From NCBI GenBank assembly GCA_964016885.1, contig OZ024748.1:28396001-28460000 (forward strand): a stretch of DNA of 64,000 bases, given 5' to 3'. Within the stretch, counting starts at the first letter, position 1. Each line of letters starts with the position of its first letter. The notes below the pieces were generated by a model. The model was not told the DNA's origin. It made no database searches and saw only the letters and a list, made by a program, of their open reading frames with translations. The position numbers and the translations under genes were made by a program. Positions 1 to 14,099 of this stretch are shown one piece after another. This stretch comes from Eledone cirrhosa (lineage: Eukaryota).

Positions 1-45
1 CTCTTTCTCTCTCTCTTCTTCTCTCTCTCTCAATATATATATAGG

Positions 46-202
<157 letters not shown>

Positions 203-248
203 AGGAAAAGCGAAGTAGTTTCAGATGTTCAAGTCTTTTAATAATAAT

Positions 249-322
249 GCTGTGATATATATTTCAATGGCGACAGTGGTCACACTGTTCCGTGCGCCAG
301 TGTCGCGACATCATCAGACAGC
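249..322 (-). ncRNA. Type I hammerhead ribozyme in a ~250-bp insert (200-446) between two (TA)n tracts
   Basis: Minus strand reads GCUGU-CUGAUGA-[hairpin gcgaca.tgg.cgcac/gtgtg.cca.tgtcgc]-GAAA-UAUAUA-UC-ACAGC. Stem I is GCUGU/ACAGC, the core is canonical, stem III is a short palindrome and the cleavage triplet is AUC. The base of stem II is imperfect. Confidence 0.75.
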
Positions 323-445
323 TTGTTACATAATAAGGTTGTTTCCGAGGCAATCCAAATTGAATCGATATTTACTCCGTCACTCCTATGTGGAATAAGT
401 ACGTTGAGTGCTTGAATTGAATTGCATCAATATCTACCCTAAGAA

Positions 446-515
<70 letters not shown>

Positions 516-948
516 GGGCATAAACATATATGGGTGATATATATGTGTATATCTATGTATACATATAATTTAATATACTCTTTTTTCTTGGGGGGGGGGG
601 GGCAAAATATGTGCAGTGTATGTGTGGTACAAAAGTGTATTTGTCAGAATGTTAACACAATGTACATTGGTGCCTACAAAATAAACAAACATACACACAC
701 CCACTCATACACATACACCCATACAGAAACACTACTTATATATACACATATATTATACCCATTCCTAATTTTGTAAATGTTTTCCCTTTTGCGTGTCTGC
801 CTGGTTTATTGCATTCGAAGGTCACCATCAGCACTGTTATTACATTACAGTATTGTGTGTGTGTGTGTGTGTGTGTGTGCGCGTGTGTGTGCGCGTGTGC
901 GACCTTTGATTGCTGGGGATGAGTGCATTTCTAGTCACACATGATATG

Positions 949-1002
<54 letters not shown>

Positions 1003-1108
1003 AGTAATGCAACAAATTACATTTTGTTCCCTTTGTATTTCTTCCAATTATATGTTTTCCCTTTTAACTCTTTGTTTTCTCTTCTTTCTTTTCGTGTTAC
1101 TATCATTA

Positions 1109-1312
1109 TTGGCAGTATCGGTAGAGCGTCAGACACCATGATTTGCAGCATAGAGTTATGACCTTTTACCTACTGATTTCAAATTTCGCCGATGTTAACT
1201 TTACCTTTCATTCTTTCGGGGTCGATAAAATAAAGCACCAGTAATGTACTGGGGTCGATTTAATCGACTTTCCCCTCCCTCCAGATTACTGGCCTTGTGC
1301 CTATAGAAGAAA

Positions 1313-1315
<3 letters not shown>
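1109..1315 (+). mobile_element. tRNA-derived SINE (family 1) with (ATT)n tail
   Basis: A-box-like tggcagtatcggtagag, B-box-like ttcaaat, body ctttcatcc...gggtcgataaaataaagtaccag...ggccttgtgcc...tagaa, then (ATT)n. Homologous to the copies at 15747, 27917, 41528, 42668 and 44937. Confidence 0.75.
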
Positions 1316-1362
<47 letters not shown>

Positions 1363-1717
1363 GTTATTATTATCATCATTACATAATAAAGATTCTTTCT
1401 ACACTACACCATTTTGGATTATTTCAATTTCGATCTTTTCTTTTTCTTTTTTCAGTTTCCTTTGAAATATATGTTTATCTGTCTGCGTTTTTGTGTTTGT
1501 ATGTGTGTGGGTGTGTGTTTGTCTATCAGACTGTATCTGTGGTTGTGTGTCTTCCTGTGTGTATCCCTGTTTATGTGTGTGTGTATGTCAATGTCCATCT
1601 ATCCATCCATCGGCCCTGAACTCTTTCTGATCGAGTGTTAGGGGGTGCCGTCATGACATATGGCGTATCTTCAATATTTTAAACCTGGCACAGCGCAACA
1701 ATCACCAGGTGTGAACT

Positions 1718-2661
<944 letters not shown>

Positions 2662-2678
2662 GAATGTGGGAGGGGAGG

Positions 2679-2710
2679 TTACGACGTTTCGGACATAAGC
2701 CCTTCATCAG
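2679..2710 (-). ncRNA. Hammerhead core (minimal type I, stem I not restored), antisense to the PLE ORF
   Basis: Minus strand reads CUGAUGA-aGGGCuuauGUCC-GAAA-CgucG-UA. The flanks do not form stem I. Confidence 0.5.
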
Positions 2711-3107
2711 GAGATCGGGGCGGGAGGGGGGAGGGGGGTACCATCAAATGAAGAAAGAAGTTGCTATCAAACGGTTTCTAATTTAAGTACAAGGCTAGAA
2801 AGGTGAGGGAAAAGAAAGCGGATTAAATTGACCCAAATATTTGACTGGTATTTAATATTATCGTAGCGAACTCTTTAACCATTCAGCAATACCTGCGTTT
2901 GTATGGAACTTAAATAAACAAACCAGGCTATCTGTTTTCACCTCACACCATATCCACCGCTCCCTTTTCTCACACGCTCTTCTCCTCATCATTTCCCTCT
3001 CTCCCACTCTTCCTCCTAAACAGTGTACGAACAGACAGACCCAATTATTTCATATATAGATTGATTTTTATTTACATACATTTCTGTCACTCAGTTTTTG
3101 CAGAGGT

Positions 3108-3243
<136 letters not shown>

Positions 3244-3306
3244 ATGCATGTGTGTGCGTGTGCATATGTGTATGTGTGTGAAGATATGTAGTTATATGTA
3301 CTAATG

Positions 3307-3364
<58 letters not shown>

Positions 3365-5534
3365 ATATATAACACCTTGACAACCTGCATGACGATATCA
3401 ATCAACTCTCACCTTAACTTTTCCTTCGACCTGTTCGTTATGAGAGAACAGACGGAGACAACTTCCCAGAGAGGGGGAGAGATATGAGAGGGGGAGAAAA
3501 AAAAGTGTATAAGCTTCTAAAGACAGCAGGTAGTGCAAATTCACACCTGCACACAATGTATGCATATATGTGTGTATGTATGTATGTATGTATGTATGTA
3601 TGTATGTATGTGTGTGTGTGTGTGTGTGTGCATTTATGTATGTATGTATATGTGTGTGTGTATGTATGTATGCATGTGTGAGTGTGTATGTATGTGTGTG
3701 TGTATGTATGTGTGTGTAGATGTATGTATATATGTATGTATGTGTGTGTGTATGTATGTATGCATGCATGTGTGCGTGTGTATGTATGTATGTGTGTGTA
3801 GATGTATGTATGTGTGTGTAGATGTTTGTATATATGTATGTATGTGTGTGTGTGTGTGTGTATGTATATATGTATCTGTGTATGTATGTACGTATATGTA
3901 TGTATATGCATGTATCTATGTATGTGTGTATTTATGTGTGTATGTATGTATGTGTGTGTGTATATATGTTTGTATGTATGTGTGTGTGTATGTATGGATG
4001 TATGTATGTATGTATGTGTATGTATGTGGTGGTGGTGGTGGTAGTTCTGTCTAGGTTAATTATACTTATTGAAAAGTCAAACATCCTGTATAGCCGTGAC
4101 CCGAAACTGACGAAAGATCTTGTTGAAAGATGTTAGTCATGTTTAGTACCTGGCTCTTCTCTCTTCTCCATTCACCCCCTCCGACGAGCCTCATACCTGG
4201 CTATTCTATGGTTTGTTTATCAATTTCCATACCTCCCCTTCCAATTGCTCCCGTCTTCTTCGTATGTAATGGATTCATGATGAAAGATGCAGTAGAACAT
4301 CTAACTTATTCCTCTTCCCCCTCCTCTCGCCTATTATCATTTGTATGTGTATGTGTGAAAGAGAGTGTATGTGTGTGTCCGCATGTGTGTGTATATGTGT
4401 GTATTGGAGGTAAAATAACTGGTTCTCCGAGATCCAGGTTTTATTCGCTAACCTTACAATCCCAGATTCGCTCAATTTCTCCCCCATATTAACACATGCA
4501 AGCTATTCAATTGTACAATTGTATACTTCCAAACGGAATTATGTCTGAAGCAGCAGTTTTTTTGTCAACAGCTAATTCGTGATATCCCTTCTTATGTGGC
4601 ACAAAGAGAGACATGTACAGTCTCCCAATGCCAGGAAACCATGTAAACCTGGACAAAATTCTGGACACTTTTTTTTAAAGAATTTAAAAAAAAAAAGGAA
4701 AATGAAAGAAGAAAAAGAAAAAAATGAGAATTAAGCAGCGAAAGAAAGTGTGAGAGGGGGAAGGGCAGACTCTACACCCAAGTCTGAGGGGTGATTTGGT
4801 CTAATCCTGTGGTAGAGAATAGGGAAAAATTAATTCAGTAGGTCTGTTAATGTGTGATATTTCAACTTTAATGAAGCAAGTAGATGCCATTTCTATGTGT
4901 TTTTTTCTATACACTGCATTACAAATTCACAAAATAACACAAACATATTATATCTATACACCAACAACCTACAGCTTTCTCATATTCTGACCAAAATTCA
5001 GTGAAAAACAACATTGGTGTAACTGTCTTTAATTCTATCAATGCAGGTTAAGGCGCCATTTTATTTAATGTATTATAAGTTATTGTTTTGTCTTGTCATT
5101 TACTCCAGGGACAGTGTTTTGGTTTGTTTGTCTGATGCTACGACCGCGAGAGAAGTACCGTTGGTAGGGGCGAAACTGCCTAAGTCCATCTCAACGGCTG
5201 AATACTTTGGAGTTTTGTTTCTTTCGTTTGTCTTTTTTGCCATTGTTTTTTTATTTTCTAAAGAAAAAAAAAATTTTTTTTTCGTTCTGTCTTGTTTTCA
5301 TTTCTGTCTTGTTTTCGTTCGTCTTCTTTTCCGTTGACTTCTCTTTGTCAGTTTTCCTAATTTTATTATATACCAGACCACCCGTTGGGTCACGTTCGCT
5401 TCAAAGTATTTTTTAAAAATCATGTTCACTTAAAAATAATTTTTAAATAATCAAAATATTCACAGATATGTGTATAATGTGAAATGAAACTGGAAGGTCC
5501 ATATATATATACGTGTGTGTATGTATATATATTT

Positions 5535-5992
5535 GAAATCGTCCTGCACGCAATTGTTCAGTGTCCAAGGGTAACCGACCTGTGGAATTATGTCGAACAG
5601 CTGCTGTCACGTGTGGGACGCATCCAGTTGTCAGCCGAGTCCATCGTGAGGATCACCCCGCCGCCTTCATTTAAGAATGAAGGAGAGGCGGTTTTCTTCT
5701 GTCTGGTGGCTATGGCGAAAGAGGTAATATGGTGGACGAGGTTAAAAGGACTGAAGGCAAACACCTTCCTCTCCGGACAACAACTCATCCCATTCTTTAA
5801 GTACCACTTCAGAACGAAGGTGAGTTGGAGAGAGAGAGGTGCTACACCCCAGTAAACTCGCTGAAAGGTGGGTGAATGTGGCGAAAATGGCCCGAGTGAA
5901 TGGGCCTTCTCTGTATATAAACCTGTAGGTTGAGGAAGACAAACAGAGGGAAGGCGAGAACACCTACAAAACGTGTTCCTGGTGTTGAGGGT
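5535..5992 (+). mobile_element. Diverged 5'-truncated Tx1 LINE 3' fragment
   Basis: HAIVQCPRVTDLWNYVEQLLSRVG...AKEVIWWTRLKGL is homologous to the ORF2 C-terminus at 12410-12800. Confidence 0.85.
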
Positions 5993-6067
5993 TGTTCAGC
6001 ATCATTCAAAGTGATTTTGAGGGTCTAATTTTGGAAAAAAGTGCGTCCTATATTCCGAAAAATACGG

Positions 6068-6133
<66 letters not shown>

Positions 6134-6493
6134 CCACTTTGGAAGAAGAATCAGGATGGAGAGAGAGGTGCTGTACCCCAGCAAGTTTTATGAAAGGTGG
6201 GTGAAAGTGGCGAGAATGGCCCGAGTGAATGGGCCTTCTCTCTATATCAGCCTGTAGATTGAGGAAAAGGAGGAGGAGAGGAAAGGAGTACAAGCTCTTC
6301 GTACTCCTGGAGATGAGGGTTGCACATTTTTTCGGGGGTATGTGTTACCCATATAAACTGTCTCCCTCTATTGGGGAAAATCGACTAACTTTTAAATTCC
6401 ATCTGTGATAACATTTTACACGTTTTTATTGTATGTAAACTTCCCCCTTTGTATTTGTCCCCTTCTTTTGTGCCCCTGTGGCTAATAAAGAAA
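6134..6493 (+). mobile_element. 5'-truncated Tx1-A copy flanked by (TATC)n
   Basis: Near-identical to 12679-13039. It ends ctaataaagaaa followed by (TATC)n. Confidence 0.95.
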
Positions 6494-6520
6494 TATATCT
6501 ATCTATCTATCTATCTATCT

Positions 6521-7103
6521 GTGGGGCTATGTAGAACGACTATTGTCGCGGGTGGGACCAATCCGGTTGACCACCGAGTCCATTGTCATGATCAAACCGC
6601 CACCCTCCTTCAAAAACAAAGGAGAGGCGGTTTTCCTTTGCGTGATAGCTATGGCGAAAGAGGTTGTATGGTGGACAAGGTTGAAAGGGCTGAGGTCAGA
6701 CACCTTTCTCTCCGGCCAACAACTGATTCTTTTTTTCAAATACCACTTTGGAAGAAGAATCAGGATGGAGAGAGAGGTGCTGTACCCCAGCAAGTTTTAT
6801 GAAAGGTGGGTGAAAGTGGCGAGAATGGCCCGAGTGAATGGGCCTTCTCTCTATATCAGCCTGTAGGTTGAGGAAAAGGAGGAGGAGAGGAAAGGAGTAC
6901 AAGCTCTTCGTACTCCTGGAGATGAGGGTTGCACATTTTTTTTCGGGGGTATGTGTTACCCATATAAACTGTCTCCCTCTATTGGGGAAAATCGACTAAC
7001 TTTTAAATTCCATCTGTGATAACATTTTACACGTTTTTATTGTATGTAAACTTCCCCCTTTGTATTTGTCCCCTTCTTTTGTGCCCCTGTGGCTAATAAA
7101 GAA

Positions 7104-7104
<1 letters not shown>
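6521..7104 (+). mobile_element. 5'-truncated Tx1-A copy flanked by (TATC)n
   Basis: Near-identical to 12457-13039, but its frame is open where the full-length copy has stops. Confidence 0.95.
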
Positions 7105-7194
<90 letters not shown>

Positions 7195-7423
7195 AGACGT
7201 GTGTAACTTCGCGGAGAAGTTTCCGTTAATTTATGTAAGAATAAAACGTGAGTTTTTAGTTAAATTTTATATTATTGTGTAGCTTGACCCCCCCCCCCCC
7301 CCCGTCTGGGCCTTCAGGTGGTGGGTCAACTCATTTTCGCCCCTACAGGGGCGAAATATCCATTTGACAAATTTTTTCTCCATCGAATCTTGGAAAAAAA
7401 TATTGTAAAAGTTTGATTACGTT

Positions 7424-9341
7424 ATGAACGCTGCGTCCAACGATAATGGTGGTGGAGAGGCGGTAAGACTACAAAGCTCGCAGTCAACAACGTCTTCTTC
7501 ACTAGATACTATAGAGATGGAAAGACGAAATGAAAATGTAAAAACGAATTCATATCCAAACAACACAAATGACACCAAACAGTTCAATGACAACAAAAAT
7601 AACAGCAACACCAATAATGATGATAAAAGCAACAATGATAACAACAACAAAGAAAAAAATAAAGACAACACCAATAACACCAGCATAAAAGACAACAACA
7701 ACACCAAGGAAAATACGAACAATATCAACATCGGTGACAACAAGAATAACAACAACAATAACAACAATAATGACAACACCACCAACACGGATTCCACAAA
7801 GAAACCAAAAATCGCCTTTGCAGAGAAAGTTTTAAAAGAGGAGGAACTGATATATCTCGACATAACAAATGCTGAACAACTTTTAAAGGACGCTAGGAGA
7901 TACGTCATTTTCGAAAAAAATGGTGCTTTCAACATCAATTCTCCGGTAGAAATTCGCAAGGAAACTGCACTCAAAACGATAATTTTTAGGACAGTTTCCA
8001 ATTCTACCCGAAAACCAGTCCAATTGTCACAGAAAGAAATTGAACTGGCTTTCAAAAATTCAATGAATGATATTGCATTCATTCAAAGAAGCAAACTTTT
8101 TGGGAGTATTTCGGTACTCATGAAGGATCAATTGACGGCCCAAAATTACTCTGTGTCGCCAATTGTATCCAATCTGTACACCTTTTCCCCTACATACATG
8201 GGAAAAAAGACACAAAAGATCAGAATCACGAGTGTCTCACCAAAGGTGAACATATGGTGGATACTGTGCGGCTTCATCAATTTTGATGAAGACAGAATAC
8301 TGTCAGTAGGAAAGTCCCCCAGAGATGTATTCAATGGGACTAGCATTGAAGTTCTGGTGCAAATGAGCCCAGAGCGAATAGCTATGATCCCACAACGTGT
8401 ACTCCTGGACGGACTCACCTACATAAACTTTTCGGTTGAGGGTAGGCGGCCTTCATGTTACCATTGCTTTAGCAGGGGTCACCTGAGGGCTTCCTGTCCT
8501 AAATTAATGAATAAAAAAAAGGCTCTTTTGCCGACACCCATCAAAACAACACAACCACCAACACCACCACAACAACAACAACACCAACACACAAAAATAA
8601 CCACAACAAACACAGTCCCACCCAACCCCACTCCACCTAAAACCACTGCAAAATCACATACAGACACAACAGCTCCCCAAGACATACCCCTCCCCAATCA
8701 CACAGACGATACAACAGATGAGGCTATCTCGCCATCACCCAGTGAAGACGAGGGAGAACCCCATCGCTCGAAAAGAAAGAAAAGACATCACAAAAGCAAA
8801 AAACCCAGCAAACACTACCACAAACATACAACCACCAACACAAACAACAAAAACGTCACAAACAAAACCCCCACCTCCTGAAAACAAAATACCTACAACA
8901 AAACGAAAGCACACACAAGAACTACAGACAAAAACAAACACAACACAAGAAAATTACACTTACACTTACATAAACACTGAAAACAAAACACTAATGGAGA
9001 CCATCACGAACGACCCTTCGGTGAAAACCGAAGGGAAAACTTTCGCCCACTCTATTAAAAATAGCAAAAAACTGAACCTAAAACTGATTAGGGTCCCTAT
9101 ACAAACTTATAGGTCCCTAAAAGAAACATTTGAGAAGGATGTGGGGAATTCCTGCGTGAAACCACTCAACCGCGTCCTTCTCAAATGTCTCCCGACCCCA
9201 GACACCCCCATCCCACCAAACCCCACCCCACCAAACATCTGCGTCCCCACCCAGCCGGAAACCACCACCCATCCAGACAACCCCTCCAACACCCCCATGG
9301 AAATCGTGCGGCCTGGTCCCCAGGAGACGAAGGGTGAGTGA
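7424..9341 (+). pseudogene. Tx1 ORF1 (Asn-rich N-terminus, CCHC zinc knuckle, Thr/Pro/Lys-rich tail); one frameshift ~8760-8880
   Basis: ORFs 7424-8881 and 8718-9341 overlap. VEGRRPSCYHCFSRGHLRASCP is the zinc knuckle. Confidence 0.85.
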
Positions 9342-9374
9342 TCTCTTTTCCTCTTTTAACTTTTCAGCACCAAC

Positions 9375-12300
9375 ATGGCCAATATAAGAGTTGGATGTGT
9401 GAACGTACGCGGCCTGGGGATGCCCTAGAAACAGGGCAAACTCTTAAACGACCTCAGGTCGCACAGTATGGATGTGGTAGCCATTTGCGAGTCCAGGATC
9501 CACAGCGAGCGACAGCTGGCCCCCATCTTCGATGACTTTGAGATCTACGCATCTCTCTGTCAACCGGGGGGTGGGGGAGGAGTTGCCGTTTTGCTGCGGA
9601 AACACCAGGGCCTCGTAACACAGACGATACATCTGGACCCGGAGGGTCGACTGGTGGTCCTAGACGTTGACGGTAGTGAAGGTGGAGCCTTCAGGCTGGT
9701 GGCCGCATATGCCCCACCCGGGACACCGCGGCCAGACTTCTTCAAACGTCTAGAGACTTTTCTGGGAACGTCCCGCTCCTTGCTTTTAGTGGGGAACTGG
9801 AATGGAATCCTAGATGCACGTTGGGACTATGTGGGAGCATGTCCCGATAAAGGGGGGTGTAACAGCCTCAAACAGTTAATCGACCGATTTGACCTGGCCG
9901 ATAGATATCGACTAGATTTTCCGACTGCGCCACTGTGGACGTGGAGTAATCGTAGCGGAACATCTAGATCGTACCTAGATAGGGTTCTAGTTAGAAATAA
10001 GGATAGGGACATGTTAAGCTGTCCACAAATGTTCATGGTTGCCTATTCAGATCACAAACTAGTGACCTGCATGGCCAACCTTGATAGAAGCCATAGACAG
10101 GGACCCGGCTACTGGAAGCTGAACTTGTCGTTACCGACAAGCAAAGCTTACAGTAGACGGATTAGCACTTTAGTTAAACAGCACTTGACAGGGGCCATTG
10201 TCAACAACAGATGGTGGTACTCTCTCAAGAGGGAAGTTAGATTAGACTCGATAGTTTTTAGTAAAGAATTAGCGTTAGATAGAAATAGAACCGAGAAGGA
10301 ACTGGTAGATAAAGTAGAAGAGGCAATTAGAAGTGGCAACGTAAACAGCGTGCTAGCAACGAGAACGGCCTTGGACCAGTTCTTCGACGCAAAGCACGAG
10401 GGCTGCGTTGTCAGAAGCAAAATACGTGCTCTGGGAAGCGAGGGAGCCAAAGCTGTTAGCTGGGCCCGAGTGACGGAGGCAAAAAGTGGCAACAACACCA
10501 CGATTCCGTCTTTGAAGGACCAAAACGGACGCGTGATACGTGAGCCGAAGCAGATGTGTGCGGCCTTTCAGCGGCACTTTGCTCAACTGTTTGGGAGGGG
10601 CGGCGCGCCGGGAGGGGCTATGGATTTCGGTCCATACCTCGACGGCCTACCGCGACTCTCGGACAGCGAGGCAAAGTTCTGCGAAAGGCCGATTTCAGCC
10701 GCTGAGATAGGGGACGCGCTGAGCCAATGCGGCAAACGCAAATCTCCAGGTCTCGACCGTCTACCCTACGAATTTTACGTAGCAATGCCGGACTTATTCT
10801 CCGGTCTCCTGGAAGCGGTCTACTGCAACTGGCAACAGAACGGGAGAATTCCCAGTTCTGTAACCGGGGGCGTGGTCACACTAATCAGGAAGGACGAGAA
10901 TAAGGGGGATGACATAGGCAACTTCCGGCCCATAACTCTGCTAAACACAGAGTTACAGATTTTGGCTAAGGTGTTGGCAAAGAGGCTGGCGCTTGTCGTC
11001 GAGAACCTTGTGGGAGAAGCGCAGACATGCGCAATCCCGACCAGGTCCATACACGACAACCTCCACCTCATACGATACATCATACAGAGGGTAGGGTGTA
11101 AACCCGGCTTCGGTGGGGCCCTGATCAACTTGGATCAGTCTAAGGCTTTCGATAGGGTTGACCATCGTTACCTGGATGCGGTGCTCGAGGCGGCAGGCTT
11201 CGGACCCGTGTTCAGGGGCTGGATTGCTGCAATGCACAACAGCAACATCTGCTCAAGGGTCAAGGTGAACGGCTACTTCTCGGAGCCGTTCCATATTACG
11301 CGATCCATTCGACAGGGATGCCCTCTCTCCTCCCTTCTGTACGTACTGACTCTCGAGCCACTACTGCAGAAGTTGGAGCTATTGCAGGGCATCCCTCTGG
11401 AACCGGGACTGCGGAAAGCGGCGTCGGCCTACGCCGACGACGTTACAGTAATGGTGTCGAGCGCCTCGCAAATCGAGGAAGTCGGCACCTTACTGAAGGA
11501 ATACGAAAGTTTCACAGGAGCGAAGCTGAACCGGGACAAGTCCATCGGATTGCAACTCGGATCGTGGAGAGGCAAACCGATGCCTTCCGATGGCGTCGTC
11601 GGACGCTGGACGGAAGGGCCGGTAAAGCTGCTCGGGGTCTGGTTTGGTCCGGACCTCCAGGTGGAGAAGAACTGGAACGAAGTGACGGCCAAGGTGTTTG
11701 CACTCACTCAGAAGTGGGCCGAGTGCAAACTATCCTTGAAAGGTCGAGCGGAGGTGGCGAACACTTTTATAGCGTCCGCCATCTACTACCGCTTGACCGT
11801 CGTGCCTTGTCGCTCGCCAAAATGGAGCGCGCGCTCTTCCGATTCCTTTGGAAGAGGCGGGCTCCTTTGGTGAGAAGATCCATCTGCTGCCAACACCCTT
11901 CTAACGGAGGGCTGGGGATGCCGTGGTTGACGATGCGCAAACACGCGTTCAGGCTGCGGCATCTCTACGTATTCCTCACCGGACAACCGGCGTGGGCCCC
12001 GTTCGTGAGGCGAGCCTTCCCACGACTCGTCTCGCTGACCGAGCTGCAGTCCTGGGTCAAGCAAAGACCGAGGAAAATGGACGACTGGCACATCGAATGT
12101 GCTCAGGCGCTCACAGCCCTCTGGCAGGCAGACCCGGCGATCAGTGGAGACTCCACTTCGTCATTCTATAGAGGGTTGATCCGCAGCAAGTGCGGCGACA
12201 CGCTCGGTGAAACTCTAGGCGTAGAGGAAGATGAACTGGCCAGTCTGTTCGGTAGGACCTTCCGCCCGGGACCGATGGACAACTTCCAAAAGTCCCTGGC

Positions 12301-12802
12301 CTGGCAGTGCTACCGAGGAGCTCTACCAGTTCGAGACAAGCTCTACAGACATGGGCGCCCGGGCAGAGACCCTGCAAAAAAGATCTGTCCGAGGTGCGTG
12401 CGAGACGAAGAAACCGTCGCGCACGCATTCATACACTGCCCGGGCGTCACTGACCTGTGGGGCTATGTAGAATGACTATTGTCGCGGGTGGGACCAATCC
12501 GGTTGACCACCGAGTCCATTGTCATGATCAAACCGCCACCCTCCTTCAAAAACGAAGGAGAAGCGGTTTTCGTTTGTGTGATAGCTATGGCGAAAGAGGT
12601 TGTATGGTGGACAAGGTTGAAAGGGCTGAGGTCAGACACCTTTCTCTCCGGCCAACAACTGATTTTTTTTAAAAAATACCACTTTGGAAGAAGAATCAGG
12701 ATGGAGAGAGAGGTGCTGTACCCCAGCAAGTTTTATGAAAAGTGGGTGAAAGTGGCGTAAATGGCCCGAGTGAATGGGCCTTCTCTCTATATCAGCCTGT
12801 AG
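9375..12802 (+). pseudogene. Tx1 ORF2 (APE endonuclease + reverse transcriptase + CCHC), disrupted
   Basis: MANIRVGCVNVRGL (frameshift ~9428), YLDRVLV, YSDHKLV, FRPITLLN, DQSKAFDRVDH, RQGCPLS, AYADD, frameshift ~11810, CPRC..ETVAHAFIHC, stops at 12473 and 12758. Confidence 0.92.
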
Positions 12803-13041
12803 GTTGAGGAAAAGGAGGAGGAGAGGAAAGGAGTACAAACTCTTCGTACTCCTGGAGATGAGGGTTGCACATTTTTTCGGGGGTATGTGTTACCCATATA
12901 AACTGTCTCCCTCTATTGGGGAAAATCGACTAACTTTTTAAATTCCATTTGTGATAACATTTTACACGTTTTTATTGTATGTAAACTTCCCCCTTTGTAT
13001 TTGTCCTCTTCTTTTGTGCCCCTGTGGCTAATAAAGAAACA

Positions 13042-13127
<86 letters not shown>

Positions 13128-14099
13128 CTGTACACACAGACACATCTACTTACACATGTGGTCTTCTATTCTTTTTGTTTCTCTTGTATTTCGTCATACG
13201 ATTTCTATTTCATCTCTCTCATACATTCACATTATTTCTTTTTTTTTCATTTCATTCTTTCTTTCTTCTTTCGGTCATTATTTCTTATTTTTTTACTCTA
13301 TCTCTCTCATACATACACACCGACTTAGAGTAAATTATATATATGTACCCACATACGCATACACACACGTATACAAACACACAGATACCTACGCACGCAT
13401 ACACACAAACAAACACACAGATATTGAAATACATACGAACAGAAACATGTACAAATATTGACACGCATACAAACAGAAGCTCACTTACACAAATACACAT
13501 GCACACACACGCACACACACAAACACACAAGCGCGCACACACACATTCACACACATACACCATACATCACACCACTCCAAGATTCAAACATAGTCGAAGT
13601 GTATGTCCTCCTCCCCCAGACAGGGTGTGGTTCTATTTGTGACGATAAGTGGATTATCTCCCTTTCTACTGGGTAGTTTTCGTTACCCATTCAGGCTCGA
13701 ACAGAACGATCCCCCTCCCAGGAACCGAGGAACAATAAAGACAGTCTACATGGAGGAAGGTCTCAACCTGCTAGAAACAACATCTAAATACACCTCGAAA
13801 CCCAACAAGTCAGATAATAATGTAAGTCACGTCTCATTGCGTCGTGTAGTTCTAGGCATACACAGACAGGATTTGGGACAGTGTGGGGGTAAAAGTGGAG
13901 AGTAGTGTGGTGGAGGTGAGATGGGGTAGGCTGGATTGTCTTTGATCACTGATCAGGGCTGACCTACAACAACAGTAATCCCACCACCAACAACAACAGC
14001 ATCCCCATCACAACACCCGCCAACACCACCACTTGATAAACACTTGATAAATTAATCATTGCCTCTCCATTTCCTAAAATGTTTTTTTTGTTAACAAAA

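Larger units (their letters stand above)
7195..13039 (+). mobile_element. Full-length Tx1-clade non-LTR retrotransposon (Tx1-A) between (TATC)n tracts; defective
   Basis: 5'UTR, ORF1 with CCHC knuckle, ORF2 with APE-RT-CCHC, and 3'UTR with AATAAA. (TATC)n lies on both sides. Confidence 0.95.

Noticed and set aside
4107-4140. CTGACGA...GAAA hammerhead-like motif
   Set aside because: Stem I does not pair adjacent to the core and stem II is weak.
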